A DNA stretch of 58,775 nucleotides, filler included, from Stramenopiles sp. TOSAG23-2 (lineage: Eukaryota), in assembly GCA_900128395.1 (NCBI GenBank). It is 4 parts of 4 records of this genome, joined end to end, with 100 filler letters (N's around TTAATTAATTAA, not from the genome) between each part and the next. Parts side by side here need not be neighbours in the genome. Positions count along the whole stretch, not along the records: positions 1 to 14,666 come from LT649750.1; 3 more parts are not named here. One strand, given 5' to 3'. How positions within the stretch are numbered: position 1 is the stretch's first letter; the number at the start of each line of letters is the position of its first letter. The translations under genes and the position numbers were made by a program. Shown one piece after another: positions 1-11,742 of the stretch. The notes below the pieces were generated by a model. It worked only from the letters and a program-made list of their open reading frames with translations. It did no database searches and had not been told where the DNA came from.

Positions 1-2
1 AT

Positions 3-83
3 ACGGATATTAATGATGATACTCCGCCACTACCACCAAAAACAAAATCGGCATCCATTAGGCGTAGAAAAAGTTCGTCGTAG
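3..83 (+). CDS. 3' end of a CDS entering the window (partial)
   Basis: Open frame TDINDDTPPLPPKTKSASIRRRKSSS followed by TAG TAG, then (GA)n and AT-rich non-coding sequence. Confidence 0.5.
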   Translation, partial: TDINDDTPPLPPKTKSASIRRRKSSS

Positions 84-612
84 TAGAGAGGGTAAAGAGT
101 ATATATAGAGAGAGAGGAGAGAGGGAGAGATATATTGCAAACATAGAAAGAAGAGAGTGTACAGTGTACAAGATAGTACAACATAAAAAATTACGAACGG
201 TTCGTAAAATTTTTGAGATTAAAAAAAATTGGGATATATTTCATATATATCTACGTTCGTATGATATCTCATATAACCTACGACTCCTTTGTATCATACG
301 TATAACTTTAGATTTTAACCACATCATATGATAATCATATATATATCATATGATATATAAAAAATTCTCTTATTTTTATTATTATTTGTTAATTTTTATG
401 ATATATAATATTTAAAAATATCAAATACGTACATTTGTATTTTTTGCAGAATTTTTGCAAATATTTTCGTGTTTCGTTTCGTCTCGTGTGTCTCGTACGC
501 GAGCTTCGTATGATATAATTTTCAATTTTCTTTGAATCCGGCTGGGTTTTTAATCCTTTTTACCCTCTCTTCTTTCTCTCTGCTCTCCGTATTTTCCCGT
601 GCTTATACGTTT

Positions 613-2485
613 TCATTTGTTGCTTTCCCATCTCCGCAACCCTGACTTCCCAGTCACCGCTAATACACCGCTACTAATTAATAAGCCGATGCCAACATAT
701 TTGGGTAACAGCTGCTTGTAATCTCTTTTCGGTTTTGTTTTTAAAGCCTTCGGCAAATTATTACCAAATAAAAATGATGGAAAATATTGTATTTTGTTCA
801 ACCTAGCACAACTTTCACGATCCATATTATCATAATGATGAGCTAAATTTAATATTTCAAATTGAAATGCAAAAGACATTTTCGTATTTTCTTGGATATA
901 TTTATATGCATTTTTAGCTATCGTCAATTTTGTTTCATTGCTATCATTACTTTCATGATAATAAAATTTCAAATTACGATTTACATTAGTTGTATTGATT
1001 ATATCTAAATCAATATTTTCTTTATTTGTATCAGTTTTTTTATTTATTTCCAATTCATAAATTTCATCAAGTTGTTCTTTTTGATACATGTCGAAATTAA
1101 TAAATTGTGAAAAATAATAAAAGCTATACAATTTATTGAGTGACGTAAACAAGTCTCTTGGTATATATTTTCCAGATTTAAGAAAATCACGTATCGTTTT
1201 ACAGCATTTTCCATATTCTCCATTACTATCATTTTGTTTATTTAGTTGTTTCCGTTGTTGTTGTTGTTGTTTTTGTTTAAATTCTTTATTAATTTTATCT
1301 GTATAAAAACCACCACCTTCATTATAAGATGTGTTGTTTGAAATTGTACAGCTTGTTAATGTCGCTGAACCACCATCACCGATATAAAAACCACCACCAG
1401 AATAAAAATCAGCATTAGAAGAAAAGCCGTTCTTGATCGTCAAATTTGTTAATATCAATTTAGTATCAGAATTCTGAACTACGAATAATTTATGACCAAA
1501 ACAATTGCTTTGACAGCCTGGGGTAGCACCACCATCAATTGCTGGCCGTGTACCATCTACACCAACAATGCCAGTAATTTCCAATGTACCACTATCAACC
1601 TTAACAGTACTTGTTATTTTCACATCATGTAATAGTATATACGTTCCATTTGTTAGATTCTCATTCCATTCACCTATCAAAGATCTACCAATATCATTTC
1701 TAAGTTTTTTTACCTCCAAATCACGCCCCTGATCATTTATAATACTGTTTCGATTACCAAATACAACATTCTTCTCATCCAAATGAAGAACATCGTTTGA
1801 AACACGTTCACCATTTACATTACGTACGTCATTATTTAATTTCAAAATACGTTTAGAATTTACTTCATCAGCAACGTCGTTATGATCATTATATCGTTGG
1901 TAAAAAGTATCTTTCTTCTTTTTAACGTTATTCATCTCTTTACTATTATAATTATCACCATCATCAAAATCTACATCTTCATTCGTAACATGACGATGTA
2001 TCGATTCTTGATTATTCGTATTCTTATTATAATAATTATGCACTTTAACATTATCATCAACATCATTTTCTTCGTCTCCATCTCTAGCTACTATTATCCT
2101 ATCCTTTTCTTTCATTCGTAACATGACGATGTATCGATTCTTGATTATTCGTATTCTTATTATAATAATTATGCACTTTAACATTATCATCAACATCATT
2201 TTCTTCGTCTCCATCTCTAGCTACTATTATCCTATCCTTTTCTTTATAATTATACAACGTACATGTTGGATATTTTTCATGAAACCATTGTGATAACACA
2301 TGATTATTTTGTAAAAATCCATCCATTGTTAAGGATTGTATCATATCGATACGTACATTACAAATCGTATCCATACCAACATTTATATGGATAAATGTTA
2401 TGAAAAGAAAAAGTATAAATATATTTTCTCTCCTCCATGTTGTTTTAATACCTTTATTTCTTAATTTTGCCGTAGTTTTCATCAT
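613..2485 (-). CDS. Putative membrane/secreted protein with a short parallel beta-helix (Pmp-like GGGFY) repeat segment; split by a 133-bp duplication
   Basis: ORFs 2099-2485 and 613-2214 join into one 579-aa frame when one copy of the 1978-2112/2111-2245 duplication is removed. It has an N-terminal hydrophobic segment, LTNLTIKNG...GGGFYIGDGGSATLTSCTISNNTSYNEGGGFY, and a C-terminal hydrophobic segment. Confidence 0.6.
1978..2245. repeat. Exact tandem duplication, period 133 bp (frameshifting)
   Basis: ttcattcgtaacatgacg...atccttttcttt starts at both 1978 and 2111. Confidence 0.95.
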
Positions 2486-3122
2486 TTTTTAATTTTGAAT
2501 AAAAAATTATTTTATTTTTTCTGTAATCGACAATAAACATATCTACAAAGACAAACACAAATACTTTTTTTTTATTCTTGTATATCTCTTGTTATCTGTA
2601 TATATACATAGACCAATATATGTTTATGTATATATTTACATCTATCCTATCTCTTCTCCCATCACCCATCATCTATAATATATTTATTCATTCAATTTCA
2701 TCAATTTTTACGTGCATTTTTTAATTTTTTATATTAAAATTTCAAATATTATTAAGTACAACTAATTAGTATACTCTTACAAAACACCCTATATAATCGA
2801 AGCAAAAAACCCAAACGGGATTTGTAAGATTATTTCACATTTCACCTCTCATCTCTCTTGTCACTTTTTACATTTAAATTTATGTATATATATTTATCAT
2901 CTTGTTTGAACAACATGATAAGAGATGATATACGTACAACAAAGTAAATAAAAACATCCATTCCATCCATTCATTACATACATACACATATTACCAATAA
3001 ACAATTACACCATTACAACACACCATACATATACACAAAAAGAAGAAACCTACGAAAATGTATTTATCATATATATATAATATTTACCAAAACGTATTTT
3101 CACGATACTACAATACCATAGT

Positions 3123-3291
3123 ACCTCTTATAATATCCCCACCAACTACAAAAATCCAAATTGGAAAAACAGGAAAAATGACATTTCTCAACAACTACAT
3201 CGATTCACCTCTTATAATATCCCCACCAACTACAAAAATCCAAATTGGAAAAACAGGAAAAATGACATTTCTCAACAACTACATCGATTCA
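3123..3291. repeat. Exact tandem duplication, period 84 bp
   Basis: acctcttataatatcccc...catcgattca starts at both 3123 and 3207. Confidence 0.95.
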
Positions 3292-4020
3292 TATCAAATA
3301 AATTACATCATTTCACTTAGAAATCATTAACACAACGAAAAAATGTTATCATCAGCATGATATATAATAAGAACATTGTTTTTCGTCATATCGTCACTGC
3401 ACAAAACACAAATGCAATCACTTCAAAGTATGGACTACTGTTTTCATAATCTCACAATTTATAGGTAAATAGCACTATTTCACACAACTCACAAACAGAA
3501 ACAAAACTTCGGATAATTCATCTATATGCATATATACTCCTAAAAACATCTTTATCATCCAAATGAATTTGTCCGGATGGCTTTAAATCTTTTTAATAAT
3601 GATAATAAACGATTGTAGAAATTTATACCACTTGAAATAAACAAAAACATATTTTTTAAGACTATTTTCGACATTATACCCACTACCAAGTATTTTCTAA
3701 CATTTTCTGTCAAATCGTCTCGAAAAAACTTTGTACAAAGTTTATATGTTTTTTCCTCCAAATTCAAAATTCACCATAAAAAAGATATTAATCGATTTCA
3801 ATTGTCATATAAACGTTAGGATATCATTATCACCTATATTAAAATGTATGTGCAAAAAAGTACGACGTATAATAATCTACAACTTTTTATTTTTTGTATT
3901 TTCTAACGTACATGAATTTTGCTTTCGAATGATTTTATCTTGTTAAAATTCCAAAGGTCTAATTTATAAAATTTTAAATATTTTTTTAGAAATATTACAA
4001 ATTGACAAATGGAACTTGTT

Positions 4021-4159
4021 TTCTATTTAAATCTTATGAACTCGTAGTATAACTTTGCATGTCATCTTATACATAAGTAATTGATCGAATTCTATTTAAA
4101 TCTTATGAACTCGTAGTATAACTTTGCATGTCATCTTATACATAAGTAATTGATCGAAT
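4021..4159. repeat. Exact tandem duplication, period 69 bp
   Basis: ttctatttaaatcttatgaac...ttgatcgaat starts at both 4021 and 4090. Confidence 0.95.
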
Positions 4160-4632
4160 ACAATCCATTATATATATTAATGTTTGTTTTATCTGATATA
4201 TTTTTATAATCTGATGTCGCTTTAGTTCTGTCATTATCATTTGGTCTCTATCCTTGTTTTATAAAATTCTATGTTTATAGATAGATAGTCATATTGTGTG
4301 TTATGAAATATTGTTTAGAATTTTAGCAGGGGAATACCATTACGATTAAGATTATACTATCAAAATATAGATATTGTACTTAAAATGGATATTAGAATAC
4401 CAAACTATACACTCGATCACTCGATCCACCATCATAAAAAACATAAAAATCCCCGTCTCTCTTATAGACACAGAGGCCGTCGTCTAATAATTTTACTCCC
4501 ATGATCTCAAAAATATAAGAAGAATGGTTAAAAATAAATTTTTATAATCTCAGCTCCTCTCGCACATCAATATAGTAAACCAGAGTGCAATATGTATATA
4601 TACACTCGTCCCCCCGATACACACACTTGTAT

Positions 4633-4856
4633 TCACTTCTTACCACCATCAAATTCTAAACTTTCCAATGTCGTTGCCCAACTCAACAATTCATTATTAA
4701 AACTACCTAATAATTCCACATCTAAACTTAAACGTTTTAATGTCGTTAAATTTTCATATTCATCTGGTAATGCTTTCAAAAATGTAAATTACCTTCGATA
4801 GTCAATTCCAATTCCGTTGGTAAACCATGTAAACTATTTACATGTAACGATAATGA
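4633..4856 (-). pseudogene. Degenerate leucine-rich-repeat gene fragment
   Basis: Manual translation gives SLSLHVNSLHGLPTEL..., a frameshift, then FLKALPDEYENLTTLKRLSLDVE...ATTLESLEFDGGKK*, fitting the LxxLPxxxxxLxxLxxLxL LRR pattern. No start codon was found. Confidence 0.55.
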
Positions 4857-5027
4857 GTACATAAATACATTATACTCAATAATTTTACCTATCAAAATAA
4901 CAGGATTTTTTATTTGAAAAATTTCACTCATCAAAAAGTCTCAAAAATTTCAAACAAGAAAACAAAAACCGACGCCCCTTTACCTTCCTTGCCGTCTTCT
5001 TGGTACATCAACAAAATCTCACATCCA

Positions 5028-6020
5028 TCACACATCTTTACTACGTTTACTCTTCTTTTCTTTCTTTTTTTTCTTCGTTTTCTTTGTTTGTTTTTTCCTA
5101 TTTGCATCTTTACGTTGTGTATTATCATTATGACGTTTTAATCGTTCCGTTAAATTTCTAGCATTTGTAATGGTATCATGATGTCCAACATATTTATCAC
5201 CAATTTCATTTTCATATTTAATATTTAATTCAATATCATTAATACCATACATTGTATCGTTTTGATATTGTTGTTGTTGTTGTTGATCAAAACGATTTGA
5301 TTTATTTGCATTATTATTACCTCCATCTTTTATTTTCTTATTATTATTTGCTGCTTCTTCACGTCTAGCAGTTAATACACCTTGTTTTACATATTCAATT
5401 TCATCTTTTTCTAAACTTAATAACATTTTTAATGGTGGTCCACCATCAATACCATTATCCCATGCATCTTCACCATACATTTTCCGTCCTTTTTGATCTG
5501 CAGATGATAATATTTCAATTTCACGACTTGTTTGCCTTTCTCTATGTTCTCTACTTGTATTTAAACGTGATGTCAATTGTATTTTTTGTTCACGTGCTGT
5601 ATTTAATTGTGTTTCATATTGATTTAATTGTTTTTTAATACGTCTAACTTTTTTATTTAAATTAGTTTCTTTTTCCTCTGCATTACGTTGTTGTTTGACT
5701 AAACGTGCTTCTTCTGGATCCCATACATGATATTGTTCTTCCCAATCATCATCATCGTCTGTGCTACTATTACTACTATCATCGCTATTATTTTTCCGTT
5801 TTTTACTTTTTTTATCTCTTAATCCAACTGGTAAATAACGTTGTCGTGCAATATCACTTCTACTTCTACGTCTATTCATACAAAATAAACGTATAAAATA
5901 ATTAATAGATGCACAAAAAAATGCAACTGAAAATATAAATACAATAATTAATAATGGTACAAAAAATGGTCCATGTCGATTACCTTCTTTAATTGCATGG
6001 TTGATATGTTTTATCGGCAT
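5028..6020 (-). CDS. Hypothetical single-pass membrane protein with coiled coil and basic C-terminus
   Basis: 330-aa ATG ORF with a TM segment (FFVPLLIIVFIFSVAFFCASINYFI) and a heptad-rich central region. Confidence 0.75.
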   Translation of the reverse strand: MPIKHINHAIKEGNRHGPFFVPLLIIVFIFSVAFFCASINYFIRLFCMNRRRSRSDIARQRYLPVGLRDKKSKKRKNNSDDSSNSSTDDDDDWEEQYHVWDPEEARLVKQQRNAEEKETNLNKKVRRIKKQLNQYETQLNTAREQKIQLTSRLNTSREHRERQTSREIEILSSADQKGRKMYGEDAWDNGIDGGPPLKMLLSLEKDEIEYVKQGVLTARREEAANNNKKIKDGGNNNANKSNRFDQQQQQQYQNDTMYGINDIELNIKYENEIGDKYVGHHDTITNARNLTERLKRHNDNTQRKDANRKKQTKKTKKKKKEKKSKRSKDV

Positions 6021-7027
6021 GTTGTTTTGTTATTTCTATATGGTTGTTGTTGATATGATGAGTGATTTTTTGTGTTATTGTATAAATATATATATATATA
6101 TTTACGTATATATTGTGTTCTTCAATTATTTAACTATTCACGTCAAAGTAAACGTATTATATAATACAATAATTCAATAAAATTATTTCAAAATTATTAA
6201 ATTATTTATTTATAAATATTTTTTTTCCCTACAATATATATATATATATCTTTACAAATTTACAATGACATAGAAGGGGGAAAGCGGCAACCAATCTTAT
6301 TGTATTGAATATTTTCTATATATACAATCCCACAAACGTAATGACCAATATATCAATATTCGTGATACTCATCTCCATCTTGTTTATTTCTTTTTGTTTT
6401 TTGAAAAAAAAATCAACAAATTTTATATAAAAATGATGATTTTTATATAAAAACGTGTTATAATATCCAGATGGACAGAAGTATGTAATTGGATTGGTAA
6501 TAATGGTAAATTAATAATATTATATACAGTTATTTAACATTAATATTAATGTATGCTAATTTATAAATGGTGCTATGAGAAAAATACCCGCTTCTTCTTC
6601 TTCACTGGTTCTTTCCATTTACCATCATGATAAAAAATTGATATTTATTTCTATTGAAGTACTAAATATAAAACATGCCTATCAAACTCGGGATAAAAAT
6701 TGGAAAAATAAAACGAGTAAATAGCATGTAAATAATAGGTAAATAAAATATCAATATGCAAATAAAAAGTTTCACACCACTCTTCACATTTATACTTAAT
6801 CCATTATTTAGACTACCAACATATGCAGAAATTAATGAGCTGAGAGCTGTAAAATGCTGATATGATGAGAGAGAGAGAGGAGAGAGGTGAACGTTTGATT
6901 ATTGATACAGTAGCCGTTATTTATATATGTAAATATGTAATAATAATAACGATTTGAACACATTTGACAGACTGTGATGAACATGAACATGAGCATGAGG
7001 TGGATCAAGAGAAGATTGAATGCATCC

Positions 7028-7403
7028 CTACTCTACTCTAAGATCATCTATATTTATATCAAAGAGTGAAGGATATATATATATATACAATACAATACAT
7101 ATCGTAAGAGAAGATCCACCACCATATTGATCCTTAGTACGCCGTGGTGTAGTTGTTGTAATTTTCAATGTTTCAAAACATGTTTTACCATGTCCACGTT
7201 TACATTCTTGATTTAATATATCTAATTTTTTCCATTTATATGTTAAATCGCAATTTTGTAATTCTTTAGTTTTTTGATTGATACAATTTTCATTTGATAA
7301 ATTTTGATTTGCATTATAAAATTCCATTAAATTTTTCATTAATTGCATATCTGAATTAAAACGTCTACGTGCGTTTACACATGATACAGTTAATAAATCA
7401 TTT

Positions 7404-7435
<32 letters not shown>

Positions 7436-7660
7436 GGTTAATGTTTTATGATTAATATCATTCATTGATGGTATAGAATACATCGCTGCTGTTGATTGTT
7501 GTTGTTGACCATTATTTGTATCATCTTTCATATTGTTTAATAACGTATTCATTCCTTGTATTGGTGGTGATGATTTTGTTGATTTAATGTTTAATAATAA
7601 TAATAATATATTCATATATAAAATTACTACTACTACTCTTCTACATTTATATTTCATCAT
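7028..7660 (-). CDS. Hypothetical secreted/surface Cys-containing protein (3' end possibly spliced)
   Basis: 210-aa ORF with an N-terminal hydrophobic stretch, poly-N/Q and spaced cysteines. The last codons (VLYIYIY) look like intron read-through. Confidence 0.6.
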
Positions 7661-7741
7661 AAACTATTATCTTTTATTTTTTCGCTAAGACCTAAGTCCA
7701 GAGGTTCTTTTACAACAATCGTATCAAACACACAAACGCAC

Positions 7742-7780
<39 letters not shown>

Positions 7781-7782
7781 GA
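7742..7782. repeat. (GA)n microsatellite
   Basis: agagagagagagagagagagagaaagagagagagaaagaga. Confidence 0.9.
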
Positions 7783-8637
7783 TACGTACCAATGGTCGAC
7801 AACACAATTAGATATCTCTCTGTGATTATATTAATAGATTGTTCGTTCGTTCTATAGTAGCTATCTTCTATCCTTGCGGTGTCATCATCACATGTGTGAT
7901 CACATCTGTGTCTATCTTACACATATACATGTACATATATATATATATGTATGTTTATAATAAAACCATTTACGGGAGATCGAGAAGAAGTGCCGGGCGG
8001 GGGCGGCTGTTACCATATGAATATCATTAGTATCCATTTGTCACACCTTCTATCATTTGCACATTTTTATGAATTTAATGCTGTCTATAATGCATTTTAT
8101 TTATCAATATTTTATTATTTTTTTTTGTATTTATTCCTATATATTTATACTACTAGTATATACACTGAATATGAATATAAAATCGGATATTTATTTTCTT
8201 ATGCCGTAGACCAGAAATAAAAGTTGGATTTTATTTATGCAACTTATGCAAATATGCCACTAATATTTTGTATTTTTTTTTTGATATTCTAATTTACCAT
8301 TCAAGTATAAATTATATAGGTCTTTTCGGAGGATGGATATACTGGGTACATACCATTACATCATGATACATGGATTTATAGCATATTATAAAATAACAAT
8401 TATTATTATTATTAGACTATTTTTACTCGCAATATCACACATCACACACACCATTTACCTCATATCACACACACCACACGTCACGGCATTACATATATAC
8501 ATGCACATAGTCTATGCAAAACGCCGTCGATGTGAAAATTACAAGCTAAAAAGTCAGTATATAAAAATATACGACCGCGTTCATAAAATATAATTACATC
8601 TCTCGTACCAATAAATACCATGGATACTAAAAAGAGC

Positions 8638-11600
8638 CTACAACCTACAATCACCTTTACGACGATCTTGTAACAGTCGTCTTCGTTTATCTCCAGAACT
8701 TTTCACTACGTAATGTGTTCCTGTCAATTCCACATCTTTTGAATACTTGTTCTTATGTATATCTTTCAATGGCTTGACATTATCATGCGTACAACCGTTT
8801 ACTGCTATACATTTACCATAGTCTTTCAAACCATCGCAACACTCATTATCATCAACATATGCTTTTACCTTTATGTAGGAACCAATTAAATAATTTCTAT
8901 TTTTGCAATATGGAAGCTCATCTTGCAAATAACTATTTTCATCCTCTGTATTTAAATGAATTACAGCGACCCATTCTTTCGTTCTTGTGCTATTTGGATC
9001 CATTGCTACTTGTTGTAAAGATATGTCTTCGGCGGTAAAGAGCGGTGCTGCAGGACAGTTTTTATCTTCCACATCAAACCGCAATTTACGTTTCAAATTT
9101 AACATTGTATCTTTATCATATGAAATCTCCTTGTTTAAATAATGAATCGCGATATTTTTAATATCTGTATTTGATAAATCAATATGATTATAACCTTTGC
9201 AAAATTTTTTTTTGTGTTTAATTAACTCTGTTGACGTCCACTTTGAACCAATTTTGCAATGTTGTTCTGCTTTTGGTGTTGTAGGAACAGCTTTTGCTTT
9301 CATGACTTGTTGCATATTATTTATTTTTTCTATACGTTTCTTCTCTGAACGTTTGCGTAGAGATGCCTCCATCGTTTCTACAAATGATGTTAATGTTGCC
9401 TGGCTTGCAATTGAGTGCATGTACAGGCTTTCAATTAGATTGTAAAATTGTGACATGGCATGTTTGTATGGAACAAATAACTCGCATAATTGTGTTTTCT
9501 TTTTGGAATCAGTAGCATCAATAACACGTGGGCCGCATAATGAAATATCTTCAAAAAATGCAGTAACTGCCTTGTTTATTTTCTTCGTCTGGGATACACT
9601 TTTTTTAAGCGATTGCAATAATGCTGTCATACCTTTATGCAAATAACCATTTTGTTTAATCGCATTGGTTACTTCAACATACAAATTATGTTGACTATAA
9701 TCACCACCTTGGGATAAGGCGTATGGTATGATGTCTGTACGATTCACTCGATTAGTGGGATCTTTACAAACTGCTAATGTTTTATCTCTACGTTCTTTAC
9801 AACATATATTTGGCCAAAACGTCTTTGCCTCTTTATCAATGTTTTGTATTTGAAATAAATTATCTAAATCAGATGTAAAAGAACAAAATGATTTTAATAA
9901 TTCATCACGATTTGTATCAATACATGTTGTATCTTCAATTTTTTCAATTTCATTTGATATTTCAATGGCAGGGAAAATAACCGTACCTTTTAAACGTTGT
10001 TTTTCACATGATTTTTTTTCACTTGCATCGTCGTCTGGTTTACGTTCTTTCATGTATTTGTCATGATGTAAACGTATTTGTTCTTTTTGCCATAACCGTG
10101 AGTTTTTGATGGATAAATCGTTGGTTTTTTCTTTTTGTTCCTCTAAAATTTTGAAAATATTTTTAATATCGTTTGCATTGTTACGTTCTGCTAGCTGTGC
10201 TTCTTCATCTAAACATTTTGTACGGTCTTTGCTTGGTGCTAATGGCAATTTACATTGTATACACACTTTATTGATACCTTCTTCGTCGTTAAATGTATCT
10301 TCTGGGCATTTGTTGCATCTTGTTTTTGTTTTGCATATACATTTAACACCATGACTACATTTATATGTTGATTTTGTGTTGGGATTCCAATAATATTTAT
10401 TAAGATCAATCCAATAAAAAATACATCCAGGTGGAGCATACGACAAACTCGTTCGGCCTCCATATCCTCCATTTTTATCAATATTATTCTTTCTATTATA
10501 TTCAGCTGCTAATTCACATTCTGCTTCTGTTGTTATTTTAGATATCCCACTACATTGTGATGCATACCCAGATGTAAATATTTTTCCACTTGGAACACCA
10601 TAACCAGCTTCACATTTAAGTGCATCTTTTTTACTCGTACATGAATCTTCCGAATCTTGTTTACTATTTAAAAACGTATATGGTCTATCATTTGGACATG
10701 GTGTACATGTTGGATTGGTACCACCTTCACTATATGTATTGATTGGGCATTTGATACATGTTTTTGGTTTGCATATACATTTATAACTAGTACTACATTG
10801 TTTTGTTGATTTTGTGTAGCCATTCCAATAATATTTATTATCATAAACATTATAAAAACATCCAGGTGGATAATAATACGACTCACTCAATCGGCCTCCA
10901 AATCCTCCATTTTTATCAATATTATTCTTACTATTATATTCAGCTGCTAATTTACATTCTGCTTCTGTTGTTATTTTAGATAGACCACTACATTGTGATG
11001 CTAAACCAGATGTATACATAGGTGCACTGTACCCTTCCCCAGGTTTACAAGTAACTGCATATTCATCTTTTGTACAAGAATCAATCGAAGTTTGTGGTCG
11101 ATCTAAAAATGTATTCGGTTTATCTTTTGCGCATCGTGTACATTTAACATCATCACCACCTGCACTATAATAACCATTTTCACAACGTACACATTCTTTT
11201 GGTTTCGTAATACCGTCGTTGATAAAACCATGTTCAGGTTCACATTTTATTGTTGGTACAGGTATACATGCATTGATGGATGTTTGTCCCGTTTTAAAAT
11301 TTGTAGTTGGTCTATCTTTTGGACATGCTGTACATGTTGGATTGATACCACCTTCACTATATGTATTGATTGGGCATTTGATACATGTTTTTGTTTTGCA
11401 TATACATTTACCAATAGTACTACATTTTCCTCTTGATTTTGTGATGTCATTAAAATAATATTTATTATAACCACCAGGGGTATAAAAACATCCAGGTGGT
11501 TCATACGACAAACTCCTTCGGCCTCCATATCCTACATTTTTATCAATATTATTCTTACTATTATATTCAGCTGCTAATTTACATTCTGCTTCTGTTATTT

Positions 11601-11742
11601 TAGATATACCACTACATTGTGAACCAGATGTACGAATATCTGTTGGTTGAATAGCATAACCAGCTTCACAAGTTAGATCTTCTTCACCACTAACAATAGA
11701 TATTAGCAATAAACATATTACGAATAAACTTATTTCTTTCAT
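8638..11742 (-). CDS. Secreted Cys-rich repeat protein (three C..I.TEAEC.LAA...PPGC...CIC modules alternating with GCC2/GCC3/ephrin-receptor-like CxxCPxxTY repeats) with coiled coil and unrecognised C-terminal domain
   Basis: 1034-aa ORF with signal peptide MKEISLFVICLLLISIVSG. Repeats CIKCPINTYSEGG (x2), CVRCENGYYS and CNKCPEDTFN are present. It ends KRRRLLQDRRKGDCRL. Confidence 0.9.
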   Translation of the reverse strand: MKEISLFVICLLLISIVSGEEDLTCEAGYAIQPTDIRTSGSQCSGISKITEAECKLAAEYNSKNNIDKNVGYGGRRSLSYEPPGCFYTPGGYNKYYFNDITKSRGKCSTIGKCICKTKTCIKCPINTYSEGGINPTCTACPKDRPTTNFKTGQTSINACIPVPTIKCEPEHGFINDGITKPKECVRCENGYYSAGGDDVKCTRCAKDKPNTFLDRPQTSIDSCTKDEYAVTCKPGEGYSAPMYTSGLASQCSGLSKITTEAECKLAAEYNSKNNIDKNGGFGGRLSESYYYPPGCFYNVYDNKYYWNGYTKSTKQCSTSYKCICKPKTCIKCPINTYSEGGTNPTCTPCPNDRPYTFLNSKQDSEDSCTSKKDALKCEAGYGVPSGKIFTSGYASQCSGISKITTEAECELAAEYNRKNNIDKNGGYGGRTSLSYAPPGCIFYWIDLNKYYWNPNTKSTYKCSHGVKCICKTKTRCNKCPEDTFNDEEGINKVCIQCKLPLAPSKDRTKCLDEEAQLAERNNANDIKNIFKILEEQKEKTNDLSIKNSRLWQKEQIRLHHDKYMKERKPDDDASEKKSCEKQRLKGTVIFPAIEISNEIEKIEDTTCIDTNRDELLKSFCSFTSDLDNLFQIQNIDKEAKTFWPNICCKERRDKTLAVCKDPTNRVNRTDIIPYALSQGGDYSQHNLYVEVTNAIKQNGYLHKGMTALLQSLKKSVSQTKKINKAVTAFFEDISLCGPRVIDATDSKKKTQLCELFVPYKHAMSQFYNLIESLYMHSIASQATLTSFVETMEASLRKRSEKKRIEKINNMQQVMKAKAVPTTPKAEQHCKIGSKWTSTELIKHKKKFCKGYNHIDLSNTDIKNIAIHYLNKEISYDKDTMLNLKRKLRFDVEDKNCPAAPLFTAEDISLQQVAMDPNSTRTKEWVAVIHLNTEDENSYLQDELPYCKNRNYLIGSYIKVKAYVDDNECCDGLKDYGKCIAVNGCTHDNVKPLKDIHKNKYSKDVELTGTHYVVKSSGDKRRRLLQDRRKGDCRL

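Noticed and set aside
3058-3330. 90-aa ORF with repeated peptide
   Set aside because: Its length is inflated by the in-frame 84-bp duplication, and there is no other coding evidence.
8638-8649. C-terminal CRL as a peroxisomal PTS1
   Set aside because: The protein has a clear signal peptide and disulfide-rich modules, so peroxisomal import is unlikely.
10333-11631. Classical DGR (TR/VR plus reverse transcriptase)
   Set aside because: No RT or non-coding template repeat in the window, and many adenines within the variable region are invariant. Kept only as a diversification signal.
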